Shown piece by piece: positions 50,580 through 63,160 of a stretch of DNA of 64,000 bases (positions within the stretch are counted from its first letter, which is position 1; every line of letters starts with the position of its first letter). The DNA is from Eledone cirrhosa (Eukaryota). Position numbers and translations under genes: made by a program. Where the stretch lies: positions 13,454,001 through 13,518,000 of the forward strand of contig OZ024746.1 in NCBI GenBank assembly GCA_964016885.1, read 5' to 3'. Under the pieces are notes generated by a model that had not been told where the DNA came from, did no database searches, and saw only the letters and a list, made by a program, of their open reading frames with translations.

Positions 50580-52988
50580 CTGGAAATACAAAAAAAAAAA
50601 TTCAGAGATGAACTAAAATAAATTGATTTAAATTTAGACATGTTTACCATCATTGATGTCTTTGGAACTTTTATTCAGTTAATTTGTGACATCTATTCTT
50701 TGAAAACTATACAATAGTTCAGTCTTCATCTAAAAACAGTCAATTCAAATGTTTATATCTTTACTAGTGGATATCCCACTACTACTATAATTATTGGTAT
50801 ACATATAATCCTCTCTCCATGGATTAAATAATCAAACCTGAAGAAACCAGTTTTATTAGAGTGAGATCAAACCAGGGATTCCCAAACTGATGCAACAAAG
50901 AAAAAGGTGCAGCATTTAAAGCTACAACTGTAATTACTGGAGGTCTGACTTCTCAACTACAATCTCTGGGTTTGTCAATTAACAAACCCTTCAAAGGTTT
51001 TATGAAGGAAGAAAGGAATAAATGATGTTACACCAACTGGAAAAATGAAAAAAAAAAAACATCTATCACACAGGTTTGCCAAATGGTGAAAATTACATGT
51101 GAGAAAGTGAAAACTGAGACTATGGAGTCCTTTAAAAATATGTGGTATAAGTAATATTTTAAATGGAACTGAAGAGGGTCTTCTCTATGTGACAGTTCAT
51201 AGTCTGATATTCATGACCTCAATTTCAGGTTAAAATAAGTGTTCAGCAGGTGAACACTATTATATGTTTTAATCTACCCATAAATCAAACTTAACCTTAT
51301 CTCTGTATATATATTTGATTTAAATTTAATGCATTAGCCTGGTTTGTGATAAGTTTGTCACAATTTAGGAGGATTTCAAGTTGAAATAAGATTAGGTTTC
51401 AGTTGAGTAAATGTTACTTCTATATTATTTCTGACTATTACCTTCTAAATTCAGGTGCATCTAATGAATCAAGAGTCTTATAAGCTGTGAAATATGCTTC
51501 TTTATTTGTGTCATTTAACTAATCTGAAAATTAATGAATCTCTTACTTGGTGTAGAGATTAGTTTTAAGAGAGGCTCAAGTAGGTAAACATTCTGAAACA
51601 ATTCAGTGCTGAATCATAAATACAATTAATCAGGAATCAGGTGGCAAGTATATGATGAAAGACTCCAATATTGCTTAGAACCATCTTAATTCTAAAAACT
51701 GCACCCAGTACATTCTGTAAAGTGATTGCCATTAGAAAAGGTGTCCAACCATAGAAACCATGTCAAAAAGAGTAAGGAAGACCCTTGAACGACATCAAGG
51801 ATATGACATCCTTTCTAATGTTGGTACCCTAATACAATGTATCTGATACATTCTCTAAAGTAGTTGGCATTAGGAAAGGTATCCTGCCATAAAAACCAGG
51901 CAAACAATGGAATGTATAGAGCAAGATATGGTCCCCTGACCCATCTTGGGCAATAGTAGCTCTCATTAAATACCAGTGGAGGGATGCTGTGCTAGAAAAG
52001 ACCCGGCAAACCCATGCAAACATGGAAAAGTGGATGTAAACTGTTGATGATGATGATGATATATAATGAATGATTTACCTTGTTGAAAATAAAATCCCAA
52101 TGCCAAATAAGTTACAAAGCCAATAATTCCAGCCAACTGGAAAAAACATCCTGTAACCACCATATACTTGAGTCTATATGGGTAGGTTTGCCAGACACCT
52201 TTCAGATAGCATATATGAAGAGAGAAAGTTAATGAGGCGGGTATAGCTGAAAGAAACAGAAAGTTTGTAAAATGGTTAGCATAAGATCATTTGGGGATGG
52301 CTGTTCTCTTTATTATTAAAATTGTTTTGTTATTGATAAAATCTAATGTCATTTATTGTATTTGAGGTAGTCATTTAACACTTTTGTTATATTTCTTACA
52401 AAAGACACTGCTAATATGTTTCAATTAATTTTGAAAATAATAAAAGTTTTGGAGGAATTTAGTAATATAACTTTCTTATTAATTAAACCAGTTTTTGGAA
52501 CCCAACTGAATAAAAATGTTTTACTAGAAAATCATGCTGGAAAGCTTTAATATAAACATTTTAAAATATGTAGTTTAGCTTCAGACAGGTTTGTAACAAA
52601 AGGGTTAAATACAAAACAAAGAAATTTAACATTCATAACAATTTCTTTTCTTTGTTAGTGTGGATTGGATTGGGTAAAAATAGATATTTGCTTTAAAATG
52701 TTGGATGGAATATATTGTCAGATACCCTCAATGTTCAATAGCCATGCCTGCTTATTGATGTCATTGATAAAATGACACCAAAATCTTTTAAAAAGATGTT
52801 TCTCAAGGCAAGCTAAATTGTAGACCACCTTACAGCTAGAATAAAAACATCTACAAGTACTTCATATACTAAAAAAAGAAACAATAAAGAGAAAAAAAAT
52901 TGATGGCAACCAACACGGAAAGGAAGCGGTTGGTAAGGTCCTTGTATTTAACTAGCTTTCACTCTTACTGGTGGTGGTGCCCAGAGTC

Positions 52989-53022
<34 letters not shown>

Positions 53023-56000
53023 ACCTGTTTTTGAAAAATACACAAATATAATGAAGTAAACAAGCCATGTTAGATACCTAAGTACAGTAAACATTTTTAG
53101 AAGCAGAATTAACCTTTTAGCATTTAAACCACCCACATCTGGCCAGAATTCTCACCCCTTTCTGTTCAAACTAGCCACTCATACTGATGTTAAACTATTG
53201 TTCTCAAAATCCCATAGATTCAATATTATGCAAGATAATTATGTGAGGTAAAGCTTTTACCGTGATAATATAATAGTAAATATATAGAGTAATGTAAATG
53301 CTAAACGGTTAAATAATCATCCTTCTAATTAGAGTGAAATATCAATTACAAAACAAGAAAAGGCTGGAGAACAAATGGAAATATCCCAACCTTTTGTTTA
53401 GTTTTCTTCACTTTCTTTACTCAAGTTGTTTTAACTGTAAGCTAGTAAGATAATTACAGCCCATCCTGTATTTAAATATTTCCTTATCTTTTCTAAATAA
53501 ATTTTGCTTTTGCCCACCATTTTAAGTTACTGTACTATATTCAAGTTTACATCACATAAATATATATTTTTATACATATGATAAATGTACATGTACACAT
53601 ATACATGCACCTTCATACATATACATGTATACATATCACTTTCACATTCAATACATACATGTGGACAAACAAACATCCTAATACAAATATGCATTCATTC
53701 ATATATATATATCACCATCATTTAACGTCCGTTTCCCCACTAACATGGGTAGGATAGGTTGCTACAGTACTCAGGTGGAGCTACTGACCTCGGGGCCAAC
53801 TTTTCACCTACATATGTTCCCACACTCTACTGAGTGCTCAGACAGGCCACGACCGAGTACATTTTTCATGGCACCATTATTAGGAAGGTTTCATGTTTTT
53901 GACATAGATGAAAAGTCTTCCTGACCCTGTTTCACAGGTTTTCTAATGGCTGGATGCCCTTCCTATCACCAACTACTTTGTTGGATGTGTAATATCATGG
54001 CATAAGCATTAGAAAGGTTGTCAATCATAGATGCAACTGAAGGGTCCCCACTATCCTATGAAGGACAAGGTGATGGTGGTGGAAAAGGATTGTAAACTGG
54101 GAATAGGATGCTGATTTTTGGTTCTATTTCCTGTTACAACATTCCTCTGGTCTTCCTCAACCCCTATTTCATATTCTTAGAGGGAAGAACATTTTTTTCA
54201 CCTTGGAGACAAAATGTGATGTAGCTTTCTCTACTATCATAGGAGAGGAAGTACCTCAGTATCACCTGGTTCAGGAACCAAGGAAAAAGGTACCTCAGTA
54301 TCATCTGCCTCAGGAACCAAGGAGGAAGGTACCTCAGTATCATCTGCTTTAGGAACCAAGGAAGAAGGTACCTCAGTATCACCTGCTTCAGGAACCAAGG
54401 AGGAAGGTACCTCAGTATCACCTGGTTCAGGAACAAAGGAGGAGAGTACCTCAGTATCACCTGCTTCAGGAACCAAGGAGGAAGTATATTTTCTTGTCAT
54501 TTAGGGATTTATACAAGCAGAATATATTTTAAACAAAACAAAAAGCACACTCTTGTTTTAATCAGTGATAATAGCTTGTTTTCTATCTGATGAAGTGTTC
54601 TGTTCAGCTTCTAAAATCATTGCATAGACAGATTTTTTAGGTATAGTTCAGCATCTAATCATTAAGAGGTAAACTGCCTAATTATTAAACTGTTTTTGTA
54701 ATGCCTACTCTCAGGTCTTGAATAATCGTCCCTCTAAATTTTATTTTAAGTGGTAGCATTCCGGTGACAATTTTCTTTATGCATTAAAAAAGTACATTAC
54801 TAGAAATCCTATGTGTTATGAAATAAATAGGAGACAACGAAAACAACCTAGAAAAATTACCAATTTTCTACCCCCGCTATTATTTGGGACCTGAGATACC
54901 ATCAAATACAACAAAGAAAACACCAAACACCAGTGTCAAATGCTGTTTGCAGTCATCTCATAGATTGAACAAGGACTAATCTTTGATAAGGTATTGACAA
55001 GAGGAAAGAACATTAGCCAAAAGCGGTAGGTATAATGTGAAAGTTGATGACTAGAAGCATACTTATTACTATGAGGCAATAATATTAATCACCATGTGAA
55101 AGATAATTGAAGACAGTTGATTAACCTTGTCACAAAAAGCACTTGTAAGCAATAGTTACATTTCAAAAAACTCTAAACGAAATGTTGATAAGAAGAAAGA
55201 AGTTGGTTAACTTGCCTAAGGATAGAAATAAACCTGATATTATCGTTGCTAGACAATTTGCCAATTGCTTTTTTTCTCTGGAAAACTAATCATTTTTGTG
55301 GGTGAATGTTAGCTTTAACCTCTACATTACCAGCACCTATGGCTGATCCTTAAGGGGCCAGCCTCAATGTTAGCTTTAACTTCCACATTACCAGCACCTA
55401 TGGCTGATCCTTAAAGGGGCCAGTTGGAGTGTTAGCTTTAACTTCCAGACTACCAGTATACATGGCTGATCCTTGAGGGGCCAGCTTGCAATTAGAACTG
55501 TTCATGGACAAGCAGGCAAAAAAGTTAATATTACTGTTGCAATATTTAACATAAAAGGACTGATTTTGACAGAATTCCATCCATAAGTGCCTAAAATATG
55601 GTTTGAAAACATTTTTCAACATCTCACAAAACATTTACAAAGGCAGGAATATATTTGTATATTTGGCCATGGACCTGTACACTATGGCACAGAAATCTAA
55701 AGAGCTATTTAAAACATTTGCCAGTGGGCATTTAGTGATGCTGATTCCCAGATAAATTCTTTCCATGCTTGACCCTTTAGCATTTAAACTGGCCATATCC
55801 AGCCAGAATTCTCTCACCTCTTTCTGTTCAAACTGGCTGTAATCATCTGCTCATATTGATGTTAAGGTATGGTTATCAAAATTTCATAGATTCGATATTA
55901 TGTGAGATAATTATGTAAGATAAAGCCTTTACTGGGAAAATATAATAGTAAATATAGAGTAATGTAAATGCTAGAGAGTTAAAATATACACTGAAAGTAG

Positions 56001-59000
56001 AACTTTTCCAACCAGATAATGTGCTGAAGTAACAAATAACCCTGTAGGTGTATCTAAAACCACCCACAGAGATAATATTCTCAGAAAATTAGCATTAGAT
56101 GACATTTCTAACAATATGAGGAGTTTCTGCCTTGTTGCTTGGTTGCTGAAAATTTGTAATTAATCAGTAAACATTGTTTACTGTACAAATGATGTTATGG
56201 TGTACATCATCATCACCATCATTATATGTCAGCTTTGTATGCTGGTCAAGTTGTCATGGTCTGAAACCAGATGGAATGAAGCAGCCTAAGCTTGTTCATA
56301 TGGCATGGTTTCTACAGCTGGATGCCCTTCCTAATACCAACTACCTTACAGAGTGTACTGGTTGCATTTTATTATGGCATCAAACACTAACACATTACCG
56401 GATGAACTGAATGCATTTTATCATGGTATGAGCACTAGAGAGGTTATATGCTAGGCCAGACTGAAAAGTCCTCACAAACCCTATACTATCTTTGGTTGCC
56501 AAACACTGTGGCCTCTTGTCTCTAGCCACATTTACTTTTAGTGTTGCAGTACTTGTACTGGTGGATGGGGCTTTTGTATTATGGCATATCGCCAGTCAAC
56601 TTTTCTCTCAGTTTGCATGTACTCTGCCATTCATGCACACTACCATAACACATCCTGCAAAGCATGCATGCCTCATTTATTTTTAGTTGCTGTAAATCTT
56701 CTGCACTCAAGGCCCACATCTCAGTCATGCATCATTGCAATTAAAAAATAAACATCATATAATCTTCACTTCACTGTTGCCTGCAGAGGTAACAGTTCTC
56801 AGAATTTCTTTCACCCCGTTTTCACTTGGCTGCAACACTTTCAGTACATCTAACTTCACTGCTAATGAGGTAACCTAGATAGCAAAACTTTCTACTACTT
56901 TCAATGAGCCTTATAAATATTTGAGAGAGTTTATTTCTTGAATATTCATGCTGTTGACTACTCTTGTGAATCTGCCACATACAAAGACCACCCTTCTTGT
57001 CAGTTTACATCTCGTGTGTCCAGTCCACACTGGTTACACTATAAGGAATTTATACAGATTCCATTGCTACATACTAAGCGCAATCATTTTCCTGCTGATA
57101 TCAGAATCTTATCTTTTTTCCTATTTATTAAAATTTTAGTCTTTACTAAAGGCCCTTTACTTCCAGATTTTGCTTCCTTGTCTGGAACTTTTCTAGTTGT
57201 TCTATTGTTTCAGCTATGAGGGCATTTAGGAGCCCCCATGGACAGCCTTGAATTCTTCTATTATGACTTAAATGACTATAATAAACAGGAGGTGAATGGG
57301 GACTAAGCCTTGGTAGATTCCACTTGCACATTGAATTTATTGCTGTACTTGTAACCAACTCTCATCTTGTTGGCTGTACCTCTGGACATCACTTGTAACT
57401 GCCAAATTACAGAGCGTAGGATTCTGTGAAAGGTTATGTTCTAAACAAGCAAATATTGCACAATATAAAGTACAATGACATCCTATATCAAAACCAAAGC
57501 AGAACATAATGAATGGCTCAGTTGGTTTGATCATGAATCTTAATCTTGACCATGTTCACTTTCAAATCTTTTGACTAATAAACACCACCACACATTTTTT
57601 ATAGCTGTGGTTCTTTTCCCTATTTTTTTGCTTCAGAAAGCATTCTCATTCTGTCACTCACCTCTTAACTATATCAAATCTTATAATACCAAACTGCTTG
57701 AAATCATTCATGATTCTTTGATGAAAAAGTGTTTGTTTTAAATTTAAACCTTCATAATATTTTCCTAAGAACATTTTCATAAGTTATGTTGCAAATACCA
57801 ACTTAATGAGAAAGTTTTACTAAACTCCTCCAAATTCTTGATAATTTTCAAAATTATAAGCAGTGTCTTTCATTATAGTAAAGAAAGGTTTAATTATACA
57901 TGATACTGAGGGAGCTTCATTGATATCACATAACCCATACAATGCAGCAGTTGTATATATAATTCCCTAAATAAATTTCATCCTTCAAATCGACATCTGG
58001 TATCTCAAATCCTAAAAATGAATACAGAAAGCTAACAAGATACAATGGTCCCAAAGTACAGATAATACAATGAAGTTTTACATAAACCAACATACATGAA
58101 TAACTATCAAGAGAATTTGAATTGTTATCTTGTTTTCTATCTGCTCAAGTAGTACTACTCAACAACAACAGCACATACATAATTATATTTGTAAATACTC
58201 AGTCAGCAATAAAGCACTAACTAGTAAATAAATGGCATATTATTCACTATCCTAAAGATGGTGCATTATTTTCATTTTAGCAATAAATACAAAGGTGGTA
58301 AATTGGCAGAATCATTAGAGTGTTGGATAAAATGCCTTGAGCTATTTGTTATGGCTCTTTGTACTAAGTTCATAATAAAAAGTACCAGTCCAGACAGTAT
58401 TTGTTCTGGCTCTTACTGTTCAAAATCTGTGTGACTTATTTGGAGAGTAGACTTAATCTGTTGCTTGTTTTAACACTACCTGACCCTTGTGAGTCTTTAG
58501 TGGGGTTGATTCTGCTGCAATTATCATGGTTATATCATTGGTTTGGGGATACTTTTTTCTTCTCTTAGAAACCTTGGAAAGTCATGGATAGTGGCCCTTC
58601 CTCCCTGAGTAAACAGTGAAAAGAACAAAACAAGAAAATGTGCTGCCTCCATTGGTTAATTTTAGAAATAGAAAACAGCTGTTTCTGAACTTTTCAACTC
58701 AATTTATATTCATTGAAATCTTCATGTTAAAATAATAAATATAACAGATCCAAAGAAATTTAAATAACATTTAATACTGTAGCCTTTTCTTTCGAACAGT
58801 TTATCAGTTATTTTTCTATTCTTGCTAATTAGTTACTTTGAAAATTTCCAAAAAATAATTACCATAATCTTTATAACGATTTCTACTTTAAAGCCATTAA
58901 GAGATTTCTAATAGTACAAACTCTTCATCTGAACATGGTTTTTTGTTTATTTCTTAGATAAAATAATCAGAGAAGAAGAAATGCCCCTAACATTTTACAG

Positions 59001-59227
59001 AATGTTTCAAAGACTTTATTGATCATTTTTACATCCACCTTTTCCGGGCTTGCATGGGTTTCTACAGCTGGAAGGCCTTCCTGATGCTAGCTTATTTCTC
59101 ATATTTAAGTCTGGTGTATAGTACTATGCCACAAGGTGTACTGTTTATGGGAGTGCAACAAATATCATTTCTGCCTTTTTAATAAACAGTGTCAAGATGA
59201 TATTTGTCACTACTGGCATATACACAC

Positions 59228-59280
<53 letters not shown>

Positions 59281-62200
59281 ATCGTTTTTCCATGCTTGCA
59301 GGAGTTGGATGGGAACTTTTCAGCACAGCATCTCTCCACTCCTCACATTCCTTCATCATCTCCTCTGTGAGTCTCTGCGATTTGAGATCAGCTCTCACCA
59401 CCTCTGCCCAGGTCTTTTTTGGTCTACCTCTACTGCGGCTTCCCTGGCACATCTTCACCCAGCGATCATCATCCATGCACATAACATGTCCATACCAATG
59501 CAGTCTTCTCTCTTGCACATCTGTTCTAATTCCTCTTAAAACCCAGTTTCTCCCTCAGCCTATCCAAGCTCTGCCTTTCTCTCACATTTACATTGCACAT
59601 CCAATGAAGCATGGTTTCTTCATTTCTCTTCAGCCCACATATGTCCTCTGCAGCCACTGAACATGTTTCATTGCACTTTTCACACAGGCATTATACAGTC
59701 ACCCTATTGTATGTAGAGAGAAAACATTTTGTTAACAGTGGGAGTAGCAATCTAAACTTTTTCCATTCAATCCTTATTCTAGCTATTATGTTCTTGGAGC
59801 ATCCCCTTCTGTTGCTACATAGGTCACTTAGATAACAGAAGCTATCAATCACTTCTATCAACCCTTCTTGTGTCTGGAAAAGGTTTATATAATTGGCACT
59901 CTTCCCCTTGATTACCCCTTCCTGTTAGTCTACCTGTTATCCCACTACATCTCTTGTTACCCATGATTTACATTGTGTACATCGTATAGAGTTTATGCCT
60001 ACTTCTTTTCTACATATTCAGCAGGCCTACTTCCCTGAAGGAATCAGGATCCTATCTTCTTTTCTACTCATTAACACTTTAGTTTTGGCTACATTTACTC
60101 TCAGACATTTTGATTCCAAATTCTGTTTCCAAAGTCAGAACTTATTTTCTTGTTTTTTTAATGCTATCAGGACCAGATCATCTGCATAGAGAAGTTCCCA
60201 TGGACAGCCAGTCTTAAACTCCTCTGTTATGACCTGGAGAACTATGATGAACAGTTGTGGGCTGAGAACCAATTGATGTACTTTGAATTCCTCATGAATT
60301 CACTTTCTAACATGCACAAGCCATTCATCTATATCTAATTTTCTGAAGGACCACAAGATAACAGATCGAGGTACTCTGTCAAAGGCCTTTTCTAGATCAA
60401 CAAAAGTTAAATATAGCTGCTTATTCTTGGCTAGGAACTTCTCTTGTAGTTGTCTCACTAAGAAGAGGGCATCTGTAGCCCTTTTCCCAGATATAAAACA
60501 GAACTGAATCTTGTCTAATTTGACTTTTTCCCTAATTAGCTGTGCTAGAACTCTTTCTGTAACTTTCATAACTTGGTCCATTAGTTTTATTCCTCTGTAG
60601 TTGCTCCTTTCTAGAACATCACCTTTACTCTTGTAGTAATTTATGATTATACTACTGCACTAGTCATTGGGTATGACTCCATCCTGTATTACCTGATTGA
60701 CTATGCAGGTTACTAGTTCAACTCCTATTTCTCCTGATGCTTTTAGCATCTTGGCAACTATCTCTGACAGTCCCACGGCTCTACCATTCTTGTTGATTGT
60801 TTCTTTGACCATATGAATGTCAACTTTAATAGTTAGTCCTTCTGTTGGGTAAGTGAATTCAAGTGATCTGTCAAGTTTCCAAGCTATAGTGTATGATTAG
60901 AGAAAATGGGGTGCTCAACAGTTGTTGCTATTCAGTAACTACCTAAACTTTTCAAAAATAGCCAAGACTTTGGATTTTTCAAATTTTCAGTTAACATTGT
61001 TTTTAAAATGGCCAGCTTAAAGCTTTTTGTGTCTGAGGGATTTCAGATGGAAATTGAGGAAACCAAGTTCTAAAGGTATGGGATAAAAGCCACTTGGTGT
61101 AATAGGACTCTAAAAATCAAATAAATTCAATATTAAAAAAGTTTTGGAAATTGCCAAAATTTTAAAATGGCTATAACATCTGATTGGTAAGCGCTATGAA
61201 GCTGACATTTTCAGGAATTACTTCTCTCTTAAATGGTGAAAATTTGAAGACTTCTGGGACCCTGTTGAATTTCACTGGAATGGACCCAGCAGCTAGCTCT
61301 CTCTTCAGTTCAGATGCATTCCCTATGTTAAAGAGATATATTGATTTCCTTGTAGTAGGTGTGTCTGGACATAGAGACCAAACGGATATTAATAGAAATA
61401 TCCACATGGTCAAAGAGGCTATTTTCTGATTCTAGACAATTACTTTCAATCAGATCCAGGAATCCTTATTTAGAAACTTGAAACAAGGGATTTTCTATGA
61501 AGGAGTTGTAGGGATCCAATTTTGTCAGTGATATATAATGGCATCAGAATTTACCATTATGAAAATGGTGAAATGTAGTTGGAGGAGACGTTGAAAGGAA
61601 AGTATTATATTCCTTTGTTCATTTCAAAGAAACACTTTCACTTTGCTCGTGTCGATGTTCATTTCAAACTTTCACTTTGCAGGCGTCGATTCTTAAGATG
61701 CGGCCAAAAACAGATGTATTTACGAAGTTAAATAATCTACATTTGGATAATGTGGTTCGGGACACAACACGAATAACAATAATACAAAATGAAACAAAAA
61801 CATGAAGGCCATAACTGGAGAGTCTTTAATTATAAGTTTGCTCGACCAGGAATGACATAGCCACGACAACGTCCACGTGCCAACATCATCAATGATAGCT
61901 TAAAATTCTTTCGATAATTATAATTTTTAGCGTGTGTACATTAAAAACAAATTAGAAAGTAATAATTGATGACAATTAGAAAAGATAATTAAATATAATT
62001 GGTCTTCGTGTGAAGTGTGTTTCGGGTCGTGCCCTTCTCCCAAGAAAATTTAGAAAGGTAGTAAAGTGTAATTTATTCTATAACTTGTGGTATAAGTTAT
62101 GTTGAAATACATAGTCTGTAAAAAGAAAATGCCTTTTCAATTGGCTGACACAGATCATAACACTAACGTAGAAGCTAAATGTCAATAAATATGCACAGAT

Positions 62201-63031
62201 ATTTGAAAACGTGGGTGGCAAGTGAACATATTCTATATTAATTTCCAAATATTAAAATTAAAGCAACAGAAAAAATACAACAGGAGGGAAAGTTGGAAGT
62301 GTTTAGAATTTCATCTCATTAGAAATGCATAACATATGGGAAATATTTAAGGACAACATGTTTTATTAAGTTTGGATTATAGGTTCAGATTGTTGCAGAA
62401 CAAAAGGAAACGGTTAGTGAATAGGATTAGTTAATGTAATTGACAACAGGGCAAAAGTGGATAGCAAACCCAATTATATCGGAATGTTGATAACTAAAAA
62501 TATGAAATCTACAATCCAAATTTAGCATATAAAATAACATTACAAATAATTAGAAAAGAGAAAGGAAAAAACCGCAGACAAGCAGCTAATACACACATCT
62601 AGGACCACATACAACAAAAGGTAGGCAAAAGGGGTGGACAAACGAACCGCTACCAGAGCAGAAGATAACAATCCAAATATTTCGGAGTTATTCGATATTA
62701 CAATCAGTGTTGAGTTTCGATGATAATGTATTAAAAACAAAAACAAATCTAGTATAATAAATACTATTTTAAACAAGGAATCTTTCCCTTTTCGGCTTGT
62801 TTACACTACGCTATAATTAAAAAAAAAAAGCATGGTTTATTAACGAAGACTTTCAGTGATTGAAATGATAAAAAAACAATCAATTGACAAACCTGATAGA
62901 AGACCCCACAGAGCAGTATTACAGTTGTGGAATTTAATCCCAAATACAAAAACGACTGATATTCCGAATAAAATACCAAGAAGAGAAAAAAATATTCTCA
63001 GATTCATTACAAGGCGAGATACAGACGCCAT
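50413..63031 (-). CDS. SLC48A1: Heme transporter HRG1 (solute carrier 48A1), 3 coding exons, 157 aa
   Basis: complement(join(50413..50579,52079..52246,62893..63031))=474 nt, GT-AG, phases 1/1. MASVSRLVMNLRIFFSLLGILFGISVVFVFGIKFHNCNTALWGLLSAIPASLTFSLHICYLKGVWQTYPYRLKYMVVTGCFFQLAGIIGFVTYLALGFYFQQGLQIYGSGYFLTTVWCFMTWKWGLLLLYFTRSYRQLLCDVYTILPTEAPPLNGDD; four TM segments, TM2 His, Y.L..VW.F...KW signature of the HRG family. Confidence 0.93.
50815..51497 (+). mobile_element. pogo/Tigger transposase remnant with probable right end
   Basis: VITGGLTSQLQSLGLSINKPFK, TPTGKMKK, CGISNILNGTEE match the pogo DDE C-terminus (VIPGGLTSQLQPLDVSINKPFK..CGISNALDGTED). Confidence 0.85.
51700..52060 (+). mobile_element. 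SINE pieces plus RTE 3' tail
   Basis: 'cagtggagggatgctgtgctagaaaag..catgcaaacatggaaaagtggatg..gatgatgatgat' ends about 18 nt from the HRG1 exon-2 donor. Confidence 0.8.
52079..52246 (-). CDS. SLC48A1: HRG1 exon 2 (TM2 end, TM3)
   Basis: tctgtttctttcag|CT...CAACAAG|gtaaat; 168 nt, phase 1-1. Confidence 0.93.
52379..52604. mobile_element. TTAA-flanked MITE, family B
   Basis: TTAA|CACTTTTGTTA...TAACAAAAGGG|TTAA. Confidence 0.8.
53113..53308. mobile_element. piggyBac-type MITE, family A
   Basis: TTAA|CCTTTTAGCATTTA...TAAATGCTAAACGG|TTAA. Confidence 0.9.
54242..54486. repeat. 39-bp minisatellite, ~6 copies
   Basis: GTACCTCAGTATCACCTG[G/C]TTCAGGAACCAAGGAGGAAG. Confidence 0.95.
55305..55489. repeat. 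~61-bp tandem repeat, 3 copies
   Basis: TGTTAGCTTTAAC.TC.ACATTACCAGCACCTATGGCTGATCCTTAAGGGGCCAG. Confidence 0.9.
55773..55978. mobile_element. piggyBac-type MITE, family A
   Basis: CCCTTTAGCATTTAAAC...TAAATGCTAGAGAG|TTAA. Confidence 0.88.
56590..57410 (-). mobile_element. RTE LINE remnant
   Basis: Colinear with 59285-60855 (GCPW.LL, LVKTKIL, CKLWIH-type region). Confidence 0.7.
59285..60855 (-). mobile_element. RTE LINE ORF2 (RT through 3' tail)
   Basis: DQVMKVTERVLAQLIR..QFCFISGKRATDALFLVRQLQEK..FVDLEKAFDRVPR; LLYADDLVL; ERRLHWYGHVM..GRPKKTW; tail gcaagcatggaaaa. Confidence 0.95.
62893..63031 (-). CDS. SLC48A1: HRG1 exon 1 (ATG, TM1, TM2 start)
   Basis: aataatcATGGCG...CTATCAG|gtttgt; 139 nt. 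Confidence 0.92.
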
Positions 63032-63120
63032 GATTATTGTTTAGCGAGATCGGTAAGTTCCGCTCTCAACTCTCACGAGATCTCATTCATCTTATTTCTC
63101 GATCATCTTATTTCTATCGC
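63032..63120. promoter_or_regulatory. Compact bidirectional promoter / 5' UTR region
   Basis: 89 bp between divergent ATGs; CpG-rich; TCTCACGAGA (one mismatch to the TCTCGCGAGA promoter palindrome) at 63071. Confidence 0.65.
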
Positions 63121-63160
63121 ATGGCGGCTACAAGTGCTATGAATATGGAAGTCGAACGAG
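63121..63160 (+). CDS. First coding exon of an unidentified gene (MAATSAMNMEVER..)
   Basis: ATGGCGGC start in CpG-rich context, 40 nt, donor GAG|gtaaat followed by AT-rich intron-like sequence; remainder probably beyond the window. Confidence 0.65.

Noticed and set aside
60860-61600. Host exon in ORFs 61171-61413 / 61184-61429
   Set aside because: No splice structure fitting HRG1; looks like a decayed LINE linker region, family not assignable.
62540-62776. Hydrophobic ORF resembling a duplicated HRG1 exon 1
   Set aside because: Only GLLS is shared; T-rich intron sequence naturally encodes hydrophobic residues; no fitting donor.
43450-63120. Iron-responsive element in HRG1 UTRs
   Set aside because: The sense-strand CAGUG candidates checked (around 45262 and 45316) lack the 5-bp stem and bulged C; none seen in the 89-bp 5' region. 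Manual scan only.
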